Of a stretch of DNA of 64,000 bases, positions 9,949 through 19,119 are shown piece after piece (within the stretch, counting starts at the first letter, position 1; every line of letters starts with the position of its first letter). The position numbers and the translations under genes are program-made. The DNA lies in sequence record MZ475897.1. One strand, 5' to 3'. The notes below the pieces were generated by a model. It did not search any database. It had not been told where the DNA came from and saw nothing but the letters and a program-made list of their open reading frames with translations.

Positions 9949-10494
9949 ATGAAACATCCTCAGCGCGTTGCTCATTTAGAGCATTGGTTGGATGCGGGTC
10001 GCGCCGCTTTCACCATGGGTGTGCGTACACCAAATAAAGATGGCGTGGAACTGCTTGCTATTTTCCGTGCTGTGTCTCGTGGTACAAAAGACCAATGTGC
10101 TGCATCAATCGCAAAGCAAACGGCAGAACTGATTGAAGACATTGAACGCGATGTGCCTGCCTTCAAAGTCATTCGTCGTCGCTTCCGCAAAGAGTTTTAT
10201 CCAGACTACAACATACCTGCAGAAGTCGAGCTGTATGTTGCGCTTCTGGCAGAGACGTTCGGTGACATTGTGCAGACCATGACGTACCTGCATCTTCGTC
10301 GCTGTGTCGATACTAAGGACCTGTTGCTTAACTGGCTGCCAAATGGGTATCCAGCTAAAGACGCTATGGGTCTCCTGTGGAACTTACAGAAAGTGCCTAC
10401 CGAGAACGAGTTCATGTTCACCGGAAATGCGGTAGATTGCATACAATCTGTAAATGACCTATACAACAAAATGTATAAGACAGGAGACAAGTAA
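9949..10494 (+). CDS. hypothetical protein
   Basis: 181 aa ORF with AGGA RBS. Confidence 0.6.
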   Translation: MKHPQRVAHLEHWLDAGRAAFTMGVRTPNKDGVELLAIFRAVSRGTKDQCAASIAKQTAELIEDIERDVPAFKVIRRRFRKEFYPDYNIPAEVELYVALLAETFGDIVQTMTYLHLRRCVDTKDLLLNWLPNGYPAKDAMGLLWNLQKVPTENEFMFTGNAVDCIQSVNDLYNKMYKTGDK

Positions 10495-11081
10495 TGGATT
10501 TATCTTCTATCGGCTATGCAAACAAACCATTTCGCGTTATCCCTGTTACTTCTGGTAATATCGTAACTGATTTCATTGCCGGAAAGTTTCAGGTGATTGG
10601 CGTTGAGTGTAATGCTCGTGGTGCGTACGGCTCGCCGATTCAACAAAGCATTGCACGCCGCTTCCCTGACGTGTTGCAGAAGATGAACGCGCTCGACTAC
10701 GACCACCAGAACTTCATGGGCAGCACGTTGATGCATCCTGTGCAGACTCAGCATCGTCGTCGTTTGTTTGTCGCTAACATGTTCCTTGCACGCGGCTTTG
10801 GGTTAGGCCAGAATCGCACTCAAAGTGAAGGTCCGATTAATCGTTTCAGTGAGCGACACTTGACGCAAGCCTTCGACAGTCTTGTTGATAGCTGTGCATC
10901 ACTCAACATTAGTCTGGACCGCCAGATTGCTGTGCAGCGTTTCTACGGCGGTCTTGGTGGGGTATCTTGGGAAGAAGTATGTGAAGTGCTGGACGCTATT
11001 TGCGCCAAGCATAAATTCAACATGCTGGCTTATCTGCCTAAGAACTATAACTCTAACTTTGTGCGGGGTTCTGCGCAATAA
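10494..11081 (+). CDS. macro domain-like protein (divergent)
   Basis: GNIV...ECNARGAYGSPIQQSIARRFP...IAVQRFYGGLGGVSWEEV follows the phage macro pattern (CNxxGxMGxGIA; PxIGxGLGGxxW). Confidence 0.7.
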   Translation: MDLSSIGYANKPFRVIPVTSGNIVTDFIAGKFQVIGVECNARGAYGSPIQQSIARRFPDVLQKMNALDYDHQNFMGSTLMHPVQTQHRRRLFVANMFLARGFGLGQNRTQSEGPINRFSERHLTQAFDSLVDSCASLNISLDRQIAVQRFYGGLGGVSWEEVCEVLDAICAKHKFNMLAYLPKNYNSNFVRGSAQ

Positions 11082-11093
11082 CTCTGGGGTGTA

Positions 11094-11429
11094 TTGATGA
11101 ATACAATACGCGGTTTTGATTGGCTTTTTTATGAGGATGGCACCGACAGTGGCCAACACTCTGTTTTAAATATCGTCTGTGAACCACAGACTAAATCAAT
11201 GCAGGTAGAAGTTCGAAAGGGATGCGCCGCACCTGTAATTCAAGCAATTCAGGAAAATGAAATCCTGTATGCTCAGACTGATGAAGGACTTTATCGAGTT
11301 CGTTATCGTTGTTCGTTTAAGCATCTTGCAGCGAACGCATTTCCTCCAGAGATGACAGTGATCAAGTTGAAGTTGCTTGCACTCGACTTTCTTCCGGGCG
11401 TTACTACGCACGATAAACCTTTGGACTAA
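11094..11429 (+). CDS. hypothetical protein
   Basis: 111 aa ORF. Confidence 0.5.
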   Translation: MMNTIRGFDWLFYEDGTDSGQHSVLNIVCEPQTKSMQVEVRKGCAAPVIQAIQENEILYAQTDEGLYRVRYRCSFKHLAANAFPPEMTVIKLKLLALDFLPGVTTHDKPLD

Positions 11430-11434
11430 CCGCC

Positions 11435-12157
11435 ATGATTACAGCGAAACACATTGAAAGCCGTTTAAGAACAATAGACTATACCAAGCCTAATCCTGAT
11501 CGGGAAATGCTTGTGGCGCTTGTGTCTGATGGACGTTCTCGTATTTTGAAGACAGCACAGATCGATGGTCTGTGCCCACTGTCTGATAAGTATTTTGAGT
11601 TCTGCCTCAGCCAGGTCGGCTCTTTCTGCACGGCAGGTTACAACGCTGTGGAGATTGCAATGTCTATCGGTGTTCAGCCTATCTATGTCGCAGCGCACAT
11701 CCATCTGTATGGCTGCGATTGGGCACACAGACTTTTAGGCCTGAAACGATTTGCTGCGCTTGCCCGTGGTCCACATACTGTGTGGTCATCAGGTGAAGCG
11801 TGGTTCGCTTTGGGTGAATGCCAGCGTCGCTCTAAGCTGCACTATGGCACTTCAAGCGGGCAGGAAGCACTGCGCAAAGCAATCCAAAAAGCAGAGATGC
11901 CTTATGTGCTTGCTGCCGCTGTCACACATCCCCATCGTCTCATGAGCATTCTCCGTCCGCGTGATGGTCTGTTGTATCGTGACCCACGTATCGAGAAGAC
12001 GCTGAAACAACGTGAGAAAGCCGCTGCTGATGCAAAGGCGGAAGGCCGTTCTGTGCTAACGACTGAGAAGCGTAGCGAGTACGGCGACATGGGCAAGTTG
12101 TTTAACGGTCATCTGTCTCGTGCTGACAAGACAGGTAACCCTCGCGTAACTGAATAA
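11435..12157 (+). CDS. hypothetical protein
   Basis: 240 aa ORF. Confidence 0.6.
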   Translation: MITAKHIESRLRTIDYTKPNPDREMLVALVSDGRSRILKTAQIDGLCPLSDKYFEFCLSQVGSFCTAGYNAVEIAMSIGVQPIYVAAHIHLYGCDWAHRLLGLKRFAALARGPHTVWSSGEAWFALGECQRRSKLHYGTSSGQEALRKAIQKAEMPYVLAAAVTHPHRLMSILRPRDGLLYRDPRIEKTLKQREKAAADAKAEGRSVLTTEKRSEYGDMGKLFNGHLSRADKTGNPRVTE

Positions 12158-12168
12158 GGAAACTTATC

Positions 12169-12549
12169 GTGGACAAGAATGAAATCACGCTGTTGATTGA
12201 TAGCCTGAACGGAAATCGCAATTTCCCAATCGATCCGGAAGCTGCAATAGGCATGACCCTTGAACAGTTCATCAAAACCAATGGGAACTTTGTGTTTCTC
12301 ATGAATGATGCGCTCGTCCGTGACATGGTAAGCAAGCAGCATGAGTACGATCCAAACTTCGTACCGGCTACTACTCTCGACGAGATCAACAACGGTCTTA
12401 TGGGAACTTTCCACGGTGTCAATGTGTACAGCACTTGGGTGTATCGTGCTCCTGGTGATCTGCCTGCGGACGCGAAGCCTCGTTTCGGTATGTATCGCGC
12501 CGACCTAAAACAAATCTTCCCGTTGACTAAACATTTTATCGTAAAGTAA
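12169..12549 (+). CDS. hypothetical protein resembling a major-capsid P-domain segment
   Basis: FLMN...FVPATTLDEINNGLMGTFHGVNVYST resembles the capsid GxxGxxxGxxI motif; recognised by eye only. Confidence 0.35.
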   Translation: MDKNEITLLIDSLNGNRNFPIDPEAAIGMTLEQFIKTNGNFVFLMNDALVRDMVSKQHEYDPNFVPATTLDEINNGLMGTFHGVNVYSTWVYRAPGDLPADAKPRFGMYRADLKQIFPLTKHFIVK

Positions 12550-12600
12550 AACTGTTTACGGTAATTTCTGAAGGTCAATCAGAATAACGGAATCCTCATC

Positions 12601-13371
12601 ATGAGCAATATCGATACCACAATGCCTGAAGGCAAATGGGAGTTCAACGAGTCGGTTGCTTGCGTGTTTGATAACATGCTGCAAAACTCCATCCCATCTT
12701 ATGGCCGTATGCGTGACCTGACGTACCGTCTGGGTCGTCGCTTCGTAACTCCCGGTTCAGCTATCGTTGATCTCGGTGCTTCACTTGGCCGAGCTATCGA
12801 ACCGTTTGCAAAAGAGTTCGGCAAGTATGACTACCATCATGCTGCTGACGCGCCGGGCGAAGACTACGAAACAGGCAATCACTATAGCCTGTATGAAGTA
12901 GCTCCTGCTATGCGCGAACGTCTGGTGCAGAATGAAGTGCTCAACTCAGTGAATGCCAAACTGGAAAGTGAATCGCTGGTAGATACTGACACGTTTATGT
13001 TCGACGGTCAGGTGCATTGCTCGTTGATTCTGAGTGTGCTGACTCTCCAGTTCACGCCGATTGAACATCGTCAACACATTCTGGAAAACGTGTACAACTC
13101 ACTGCAACCAGGCGGCGCATTCATCCTCGTTGAGAAGGTGTTAGGTGATAACAACTATCTCGACAAAATGCTGGTGGGCACCTACTACCAGATGAAAGGC
13201 GGTAACGGTTACAGCGCCGAGTCGATTGCGACTAAACGTAAGTCATTGGAAGGCGTACTCGTTCCTGTTAAAGCAGCGTGGAACGAAGAACTGTTGCGTA
13301 AAGCAGGCTTCGGTCAGGTGGAGAGTTTCTACCGCGACCTGAACTTCGCAGGATGGATTGCTATTAAGTAA
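12601..13371 (+). CDS. cmoA: carboxy-S-adenosyl-L-methionine synthase, CmoA family
   Basis: WEFNESVACVFDNMLQNSIPSY, DLGASLG, LTLQF, LQPGGAFILVEK, NGYS..SIATKRKSLE (Arg matching E. coli R199), LRKAGF, NFAG: colinear with E. coli CmoA. Confidence 0.9.
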   Translation: MSNIDTTMPEGKWEFNESVACVFDNMLQNSIPSYGRMRDLTYRLGRRFVTPGSAIVDLGASLGRAIEPFAKEFGKYDYHHAADAPGEDYETGNHYSLYEVAPAMRERLVQNEVLNSVNAKLESESLVDTDTFMFDGQVHCSLILSVLTLQFTPIEHRQHILENVYNSLQPGGAFILVEKVLGDNNYLDKMLVGTYYQMKGGNGYSAESIATKRKSLEGVLVPVKAAWNEELLRKAGFGQVESFYRDLNFAGWIAIK

Positions 13372-13380
13372 GGAAATACT

Positions 13381-14643
13381 ATGAAAGTAAACGGGCGTAT
13401 CTTAGCTATCGTCCCACACAAGACAATGCAAGACCGTACCAAGTCTGGTGTGGGTTCGTACATTGATGGGCTAGAGGCATACGGCTTCTGCGACTTTATC
13501 ACGGACGGAGAGAACAGCTCCGTTACGAAAAGTCAGTGGTTCACTTACGGTGACACTACTCTCAGTGACGGTTATAAGATAGGGCATATCCAGAGCGAGT
13601 TGCTGATTGCACTTGAGCGCCTCCCATACCGTGCGATTATTTGCAGCACGTATGAGGCGATTGAAGCCTGTGTGTCTCTGGGACTGCCAAAGATTATGCC
13701 CGTTTACTATCGCACGCACAACAGCTTTTTGCTCACACAAGATCTCAAGGGTCTTGGTGCAGAGAAGATCCATCGTGCGTTGTTGCAAGCACGCGTCACA
13801 GGGCTGCGCATACTTGCTAACTGTGATTCGACTGCGATCAATCTTACTGAGCGCTATAAGACGCCAGTACACGTTGCCTACAACTCGTTCTCGGTGCCTG
13901 ACTACAACCCACCAGCGCGGCGTGTTCCACAGTTGTTGATTATCTGTCGCTATGAGAAGGTCAAGCGCACGTTGTTTGCTGCGCGTATTGCTGCTGCATC
14001 AGGATTACCCGTTCGTGTTATGACAGGCAGTGATCGTCAAGCACGCAATTGGGAGAAAGAGCTGGCTGAGGCGGGTGTCAAAGAATACACTGTCGTCAGC
14101 GGCCTTAGCGGTAAACAGAAACTCGAATTTATAGGCGCTTGCACAGTAGCCCTTTCTACTGCGAGCGTTGAATCTTTTGCTAACGGTGTGCGTGAGTCTA
14201 TCCCCTACTGTCCTACCTTTATCGTGCAAACATCCAAGTACGATTGGGCTAAGGACTATACGCGCTTCTGTACTGCCGACAAGCATGTTCATATCAGAAC
14301 TGTTGATCGCGTATCAGACCAAGCCGTAGCTGAAATCGGAAGTGAGATAGCGCGAGTTGCTACCACACGTTATCTGACAGGGCCGCAGCGTAAGCAGCTA
14401 CTGACTGCTTGGGCAAAGCAAGTTGATCGTGGTTGGTCCGACTTTGTTCAGAAGGCTGTTGTTGACGATGACGGCAAGCCGCTGCGCACCGAGCTGTATC
14501 AAGAACTGATCGACAAATCAGAAATCGATTGGTCACAAACGCCCACGCTAATGCGTACTGTAAATGCGTTACATAAATGCCACGCTCGTTTGGGCCTGAC
14601 ATTTGATGGCACTAAAATCAAATATAAGAGGAAGCGCAAATGA
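13381..14643 (+). CDS. GT-B fold glycosyltransferase (GT4-like)
   Basis: N-terminal SGVGSY loop, CRYEKVKR donor-binding motif, E-x7-E motif ESFANGVRE. Confidence 0.75.
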   Translation: MKVNGRILAIVPHKTMQDRTKSGVGSYIDGLEAYGFCDFITDGENSSVTKSQWFTYGDTTLSDGYKIGHIQSELLIALERLPYRAIICSTYEAIEACVSLGLPKIMPVYYRTHNSFLLTQDLKGLGAEKIHRALLQARVTGLRILANCDSTAINLTERYKTPVHVAYNSFSVPDYNPPARRVPQLLIICRYEKVKRTLFAARIAAASGLPVRVMTGSDRQARNWEKELAEAGVKEYTVVSGLSGKQKLEFIGACTVALSTASVESFANGVRESIPYCPTFIVQTSKYDWAKDYTRFCTADKHVHIRTVDRVSDQAVAEIGSEIARVATTRYLTGPQRKQLLTAWAKQVDRGWSDFVQKAVVDDDGKPLRTELYQELIDKSEIDWSQTPTLMRTVNALHKCHARLGLTFDGTKIKYKRKRK

Positions 14644-15716
14644 GTGTTATCGGTGATATTTATAACATACCACAACCTTTCGCAATGTATGTCGGGAATT
14701 GTGAGACGCGTGCTCAAGCCAAAGTTGCTGCTGGTACAATCGAGTGGGCGCCAGAGAAAGTGTGCTGCACCGTAGATGATGGTAACAATCTGTTCCCCAA
14801 CGTACCTTCAATCAACCCTGCTGACGTGCATAAGACAGATGCAGAAACTTTAGTGATTGGCTGTGCACCTTTCGGCGGCCGCATTGACGAGCACATGGAC
14901 AAAGCTATTCGTAGCGCTATCTATCGTGGACGCAACATTGCTGCTGCTATGCATACGCGCCTGGCGGATAACCCCGAATACGTTGAGCTGGCCGATCGCT
15001 ACAACGTCAAGCTGTATGACTTCCGTCATCGTCCTGATGCGTACCCACTCGGTACTGGTGAGAAGCGTAGCGGTCTGCGTCTGTTAACTGTCGGTACTGA
15101 TAGCTCCTGCGGCAAGAAGTTTACCACGCTGTCTCTGTATCGTGAACTAAAGCGCATCCACGCAGACACTGTGTTTTGCTCTACTGGTCAAACAGGCTTC
15201 CTGATTAGCGGTTGCGGTATCAACAACGACACGATTGTTGCTGACTTCCTTGCTGGTGCTGCTGAATCCCTTTCGCCTGCAGGTCCTGCTGATCGTATCT
15301 ATCTGATTGAAGGCCAGGGCGCTATCACGCATCCAGCCTACACAGGCGGTAGCATGAGCTTGATTGCTGGCTCTCAGCCTGATCATCTCATCCTGTGCCA
15401 CGCATGGAACCGCCAGAATCAGTTGGGCGTTAAGCGTAAGCCTGACCTTGATTTTGAGATGCGTGCTAACATTGAAGCGGCGCGTATTCACGGTCTCAAC
15501 CCGACCTACATCGGTATCAGCATTAACTTCTCTGAGTGTGATTTGACACAGGATGAGCAAGATAAAATCCTGTACCAACTCGCATCAACGTATGAGATTC
15601 CCGTGTTCGACCCATCACAGGACACTTCTGTGCTGCGTGACCTCGCTCGTATGTTAGCAACTAAAGCCAAAGCAAGGAGCCTCGATGGCCAAGCATCCAC
15701 TGCGCAAGCTGTTTGA
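14640..15716 (+). CDS. DUF1611 family P-loop protein (DgcN-like N-acetyltransferase)
   Basis: VGTDSSCGKKFT, STGQTG, DFLAGAAE, IEGQGAITHPAY, GSQPDHLILCH. Confidence 0.88.
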   Translation: MSVIGDIYNIPQPFAMYVGNCETRAQAKVAAGTIEWAPEKVCCTVDDGNNLFPNVPSINPADVHKTDAETLVIGCAPFGGRIDEHMDKAIRSAIYRGRNIAAAMHTRLADNPEYVELADRYNVKLYDFRHRPDAYPLGTGEKRSGLRLLTVGTDSSCGKKFTTLSLYRELKRIHADTVFCSTGQTGFLISGCGINNDTIVADFLAGAAESLSPAGPADRIYLIEGQGAITHPAYTGGSMSLIAGSQPDHLILCHAWNRQNQLGVKRKPDLDFEMRANIEAARIHGLNPTYIGISINFSECDLTQDEQDKILYQLASTYEIPVFDPSQDTSVLRDLARMLATKAKARSLDGQASTAQAV

Positions 15717-16560
15717 ACAGCATGTGAAAAAAGAAGTGAAAGCAGACAAGGTAGCTGTGCTGCTTTCATCTGGCCTCGATGGTTTAGTCAGTGCGTTAGC
15801 TGCACACGACCTGGGTAAGAAGGTACATGCCTTCACATTCCAAATGGGTGACAACCCTAGCTTCGACAGTCGCCACGCACAGATCGTTGCACAAAAGATG
15901 GGATGGGAGTTCACTCTCGTTAAAGTTCCCACCAGCGTGTCTGCTATCGCGTTAGCGTGGCGCGTGCTGCACTCCAAGTATCGCTGCATCAAGAAGCGTG
16001 ACTATGAATGTGCGTACCCTATGGTCTATTGCTACAAGGCAATCAAAGACGCTGGGTATAAGTATGTGTTAAGCGGGCTGGTGGCCGATGGCTACTTCCT
16101 GTATAACCGTAACACGCACATTCAGAAAATCAGCGGCCCGCACTCTGACGCTCAGAAGTATCATGAGTTCCGTACTCAATACTTTAGTCCGTGGCTTAAA
16201 CACGGTAAGAAGTCTCTGGGCGTTGACGGGTACAACCCGAGCGGTATGTTGCAGCATGAAATGTTGTGCGATAACTTCGGCCTGATTCACGTTAACCCGT
16301 GGATGCAGAACAAGGTGTTTGACTACTTCATCAAATACACTTGGCAGGAGCTGAATCAGCCTAAGCAGAAGATGCCACTAACCGAAGCGTGGGCAGAACA
16401 CATTGCTCTTGTTGGTCATCGCCCACACAGGGGCTATCAGACAGAAGCCAAAGTGCCTGAATACTTTGAGCATCTGATCGATAACCCTGAGATTAACTTT
16501 AACGGGCGCAAGCGCATCATGGACGTGGCACGCGACTGGTCCAAACGAGAGCCTGAATAA
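15685..16560 (+). CDS. asparagine synthetase C-domain-like ATP-dependent amide ligase
   Basis: PP-loop VAVLLSSGLDG, VLSGLVADGYF (compare SGxGADExF), NPW...VFDY; no N-terminal glutaminase domain. Confidence 0.72.
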   Translation: MAKHPLRKLFEQHVKKEVKADKVAVLLSSGLDGLVSALAAHDLGKKVHAFTFQMGDNPSFDSRHAQIVAQKMGWEFTLVKVPTSVSAIALAWRVLHSKYRCIKKRDYECAYPMVYCYKAIKDAGYKYVLSGLVADGYFLYNRNTHIQKISGPHSDAQKYHEFRTQYFSPWLKHGKKSLGVDGYNPSGMLQHEMLCDNFGLIHVNPWMQNKVFDYFIKYTWQELNQPKQKMPLTEAWAEHIALVGHRPHRGYQTEAKVPEYFEHLIDNPEINFNGRKRIMDVARDWSKREPE

Positions 16561-16815
16561 ATGCATCCTGTTATCACAGACTTTCTTGGTCCTATCGTTA
16601 AGCGGCTGGGCTTATTCACTGCTATATTCGGTTTTGTCGGCGTGCTGCTGTCTGTGATCGCAGTGCTTGTGTGCCGCCCAGAAGTCCTTCAATACGAATA
16701 CGATACTGTAAATAGACTTCGTACTGAGGGTATTGTATTCTTGGGTAAAGGCGTTCTTATTTACATCGTAGGCGAGATACTTGAAGGCACGTTCAAGTGG
16801 AGAAAAGATGATTAA
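16561..16815 (+). CDS. putative membrane protein
   Basis: Two hydrophobic segments. Confidence 0.55.
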   Translation: MHPVITDFLGPIVKRLGLFTAIFGFVGVLLSVIAVLVCRPEVLQYEYDTVNRLRTEGIVFLGKGVLIYIVGEILEGTFKWRKDD

Positions 16816-17071
16816 CAAATTCGTGATGAAGAAGACTCCGACCATTGAAGCCTGTCAGTGGAATGGAGAGAACAAGGAAGAGATTGAAGCCTTCCTTGGC
16901 AATAACGGATTCGTTGTTGGGCGTTACGTGCAGATTGGTGTTCTGGATAAATACCAGAAGCCAACTATTGCTAACGTAAGCGTAGGCAACTATGTGATCA
17001 AGCGCGATGATGGTAAGTTCGACGCCATTACTGCGCAAGATCTGTTTGAGAATTATGTATTAGCAGATTGA
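16808..17071 (+). CDS. conserved phage hypothetical protein
   Basis: KKTPTIEACQWNG...GNYVIK pattern common in phage proteins; start moved to ATG 16808. Confidence 0.6.
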   Translation: MINKFVMKKTPTIEACQWNGENKEEIEAFLGNNGFVVGRYVQIGVLDKYQKPTIANVSVGNYVIKRDDGKFDAITAQDLFENYVLAD

Positions 17072-17078
17072 GGCCATA

Positions 17079-17531
17079 ATGAATCTGTTTTCTATTTTAA
17101 AACAGCAAGTGAAGAAATCCCTGACGACCGAAGCAACGCTTGAGCCAGAAGTGCGCAAACACTTTGACTGGCGTTTCAGTGTTGACGTCAAAGGTCTGAT
17201 GTACATTGTAGGCAAGACTGGTGCTAACACCTGCTTCTATCTTGAGCCAGGTCACGTTGAGCCTACTGCCTGCTATCCTGATGAACTACTTGCGAAGATT
17301 GATAGCTGGGGCGCTGCTAAGTATGTGTCCTACGCTGTCTACTTCAAGAAGTTCTCAAGCCCTGTAGCTGAGAACATCAAGACGCTTGAGCAAGCCAAGA
17401 CAGGCAAGCCTAAAGCGTTTAAGAAAGGCTACTTTATCTGTGGCGTAACACCGAAAGGTAAGCGCGTCAAACTGTGTCGTCTGCACAACAGCCTGAGCGG
17501 TATGCAGTGGGTTGATGTAGATCAGAAGTAA
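17079..17531 (+). CDS. hypothetical protein
   Basis: 150 aa ORF with GAGG RBS. Confidence 0.6.
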   Translation: MNLFSILKQQVKKSLTTEATLEPEVRKHFDWRFSVDVKGLMYIVGKTGANTCFYLEPGHVEPTACYPDELLAKIDSWGAAKYVSYAVYFKKFSSPVAENIKTLEQAKTGKPKAFKKGYFICGVTPKGKRVKLCRLHNSLSGMQWVDVDQK

Positions 17532-17545
17532 AACAAGGAGCATAT

Positions 17546-17866
17546 ATGATTAGCGACATTGACATTGGCCATTATTATTGTTCTGCGAGCGGTATACCGT
17601 TTCGCGTAAAAGAACGTGCAGCACACGGACAAGATTGTTCTCTGTCGATGATCGTATTTGAGAACGTGGAAGCAACTAAGGATTACCCTGTTGGTCAAAC
17701 TTGGGTGCTTCCAGAATCTCTGTTCGTGAAACAGTATTCCGAATTTACGGAAGGAAAGTATCATGAACGAAACAACGCTCTTAGAGCATCTGAAATCAAG
17801 ACACTGGCAACCAGAGAAGCATTTCGGGTGGCTTTCGCCGAAGACCCTGACAGTGCCACTGTATAG
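17546..17866 (+). CDS. DUF1653-like protein
   Basis: GHYY..SG.PFRV..RA.H...MIVFE...TWVLP..LF pattern. Confidence 0.55.
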   Translation: MISDIDIGHYYCSASGIPFRVKERAAHGQDCSLSMIVFENVEATKDYPVGQTWVLPESLFVKQYSEFTEGKYHERNNALRASEIKTLATREAFRVAFAEDPDSATV

Positions 17867-18279
17867 CTTTGACCGACAGATGAGAGGAGTTCAAGTTTAT
17901 ACGCCTAGCGCACCGAAGAAAGACCCGAACCCTAAAGCGTGTCGTTACTTCACTCGCGTGTTCGGTGGCAAACAGTTGGTGTGGGGAACGGAAATTAGAC
18001 CTATACGGGCCGACCGTTTTCTTAACTGAGTCTGTGTTCAAAGCGTGTGCGCTACATCGTCTCGGTCTCAATGCGTGGTCTGTTTTAGGCTCGAACGTGA
18101 GTGACTATTTATACCACCAGCTCAGTCTTCTTAATCTGCACTTTGTTTGTCTAGGTGATGCGGATAAAGCTGGTGAGGAGTTCAGTCAGACGTTTGGTCG
18201 TGGTGCTGTTAGTGCCGACTTGGACGAGATGACTGATGAGCAGTTACTCGATTTAACTCTACCACTATTAAGGAAATAG
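17763..18279 (+). pseudogene. frameshifted Toprim (primase-like) gene
   Basis: ORF 17763-18029 (LTVPLYS...YFT...VWGTE) continues in the +1 frame as LDLYGPTVFLTESVFKA...GDADKAG; shift at GGAAATT near 17990-17996. Confidence 0.65.
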
Positions 18280-18280
18280 G

Positions 18281-18709
18281 ATGGAACATAAAGTTGTCGT
18301 GCGTATTCTCGGACCTGTTGGCAGCGGTAAGTCTTCTGTTTACGCCAAGCTCGTTAAAGGTCTGACTGATACTGGCGCTATCATCAAACACGCAGATGAG
18401 CAAGCGTGGAATATGCTGAATAACAGCGGTGAGGTAACTTCGGCCGACACGGTTCTCGATGAGTTTCGCACCGAAGTTACCTTCGAAGAAGTTGTGATTC
18501 GTGACGACTATACCAAGTCTAAGAATCAGATCATGCAGTTCTTCGCGTACTCGCATCTGCCGCCTAACTTGCAAGCGATCAGTAAACCGATTGCGTTGCT
18601 CGCTCAGGAGATGGACCAGAATCTGCCTGATGGTGCTGAGAAAGCCGCTGGTCTGCGTAAGCTGCTTGAAGCGAAAGACTGTCTGGTTCGTGCGCTGGTA
18701 GCCAAGTAA
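18281..18709 (+). CDS. hypothetical protein with N-terminal P-loop
   Basis: GPVGSGKS plus the common phage domain QFFAYSHLP...RKLLEAKD. Confidence 0.6.
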   Translation: MEHKVVVRILGPVGSGKSSVYAKLVKGLTDTGAIIKHADEQAWNMLNNSGEVTSADTVLDEFRTEVTFEEVVIRDDYTKSKNQIMQFFAYSHLPPNLQAISKPIALLAQEMDQNLPDGAEKAAGLRKLLEAKDCLVRALVAK

Positions 18710-18723
18710 TTCGGAGAGCAAAC

Positions 18724-19113
18724 ATGCCTACTTTTATTCGCCCTCCATCATTACTCAAGTCAGTGCCTACGTCATCAACTGTGGAAGCAACTGACATTTT
18801 CGCATCACTCGCACCTATCAACAACGTAATTAACCTAAGTGCCGTTCAAGCTCTGCGCCGTGAGCAAATCGGTGCTGGTCATGTTGAACAGTTCTCTGAG
18901 GCTATTGGTCTGCATCCAGAAGACCCTGCTCCTGAAAATGATCTTGTTAGCGTTCCAGCGATCACTTTCGCCTTTGAAGGAGATGCGTGTGAGACCTGGT
19001 ATTTCTGCGGACCTGAACGTACCTTAGCCGAATGGGCTGTAGTGCGCGATGCAGTTGAACAATCTTTTGTTGATAATTCATACCATCACGATATGAACCT
19101 CGAAATCAACTAA
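18724..19113 (+). CDS. hypothetical protein
   Basis: 129 aa ORF with GGAG RBS. Confidence 0.6.
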   Translation: MPTFIRPPSLLKSVPTSSTVEATDIFASLAPINNVINLSAVQALRREQIGAGHVEQFSEAIGLHPEDPAPENDLVSVPAITFAFEGDACETWYFCGPERTLAEWAVVRDAVEQSFVDNSYHHDMNLEIN

Positions 19114-19119
19114 CAACAC

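Noticed and set aside
12601-13371. CmoA acting only as a tRNA cmo5U auxiliary gene
   Set aside because: Down-weighted rather than excluded: there is no cmoB or tRNA gene in the window, and the Arg-type DNA MTase gives a better explanation
15685-16560. QueC / 7-deazaguanine pathway
   Set aside because: A PP-loop is present, but the QueC C-terminal Cys zinc cluster is absent and no folE, queD, queE or dpdA is recognisable in the window
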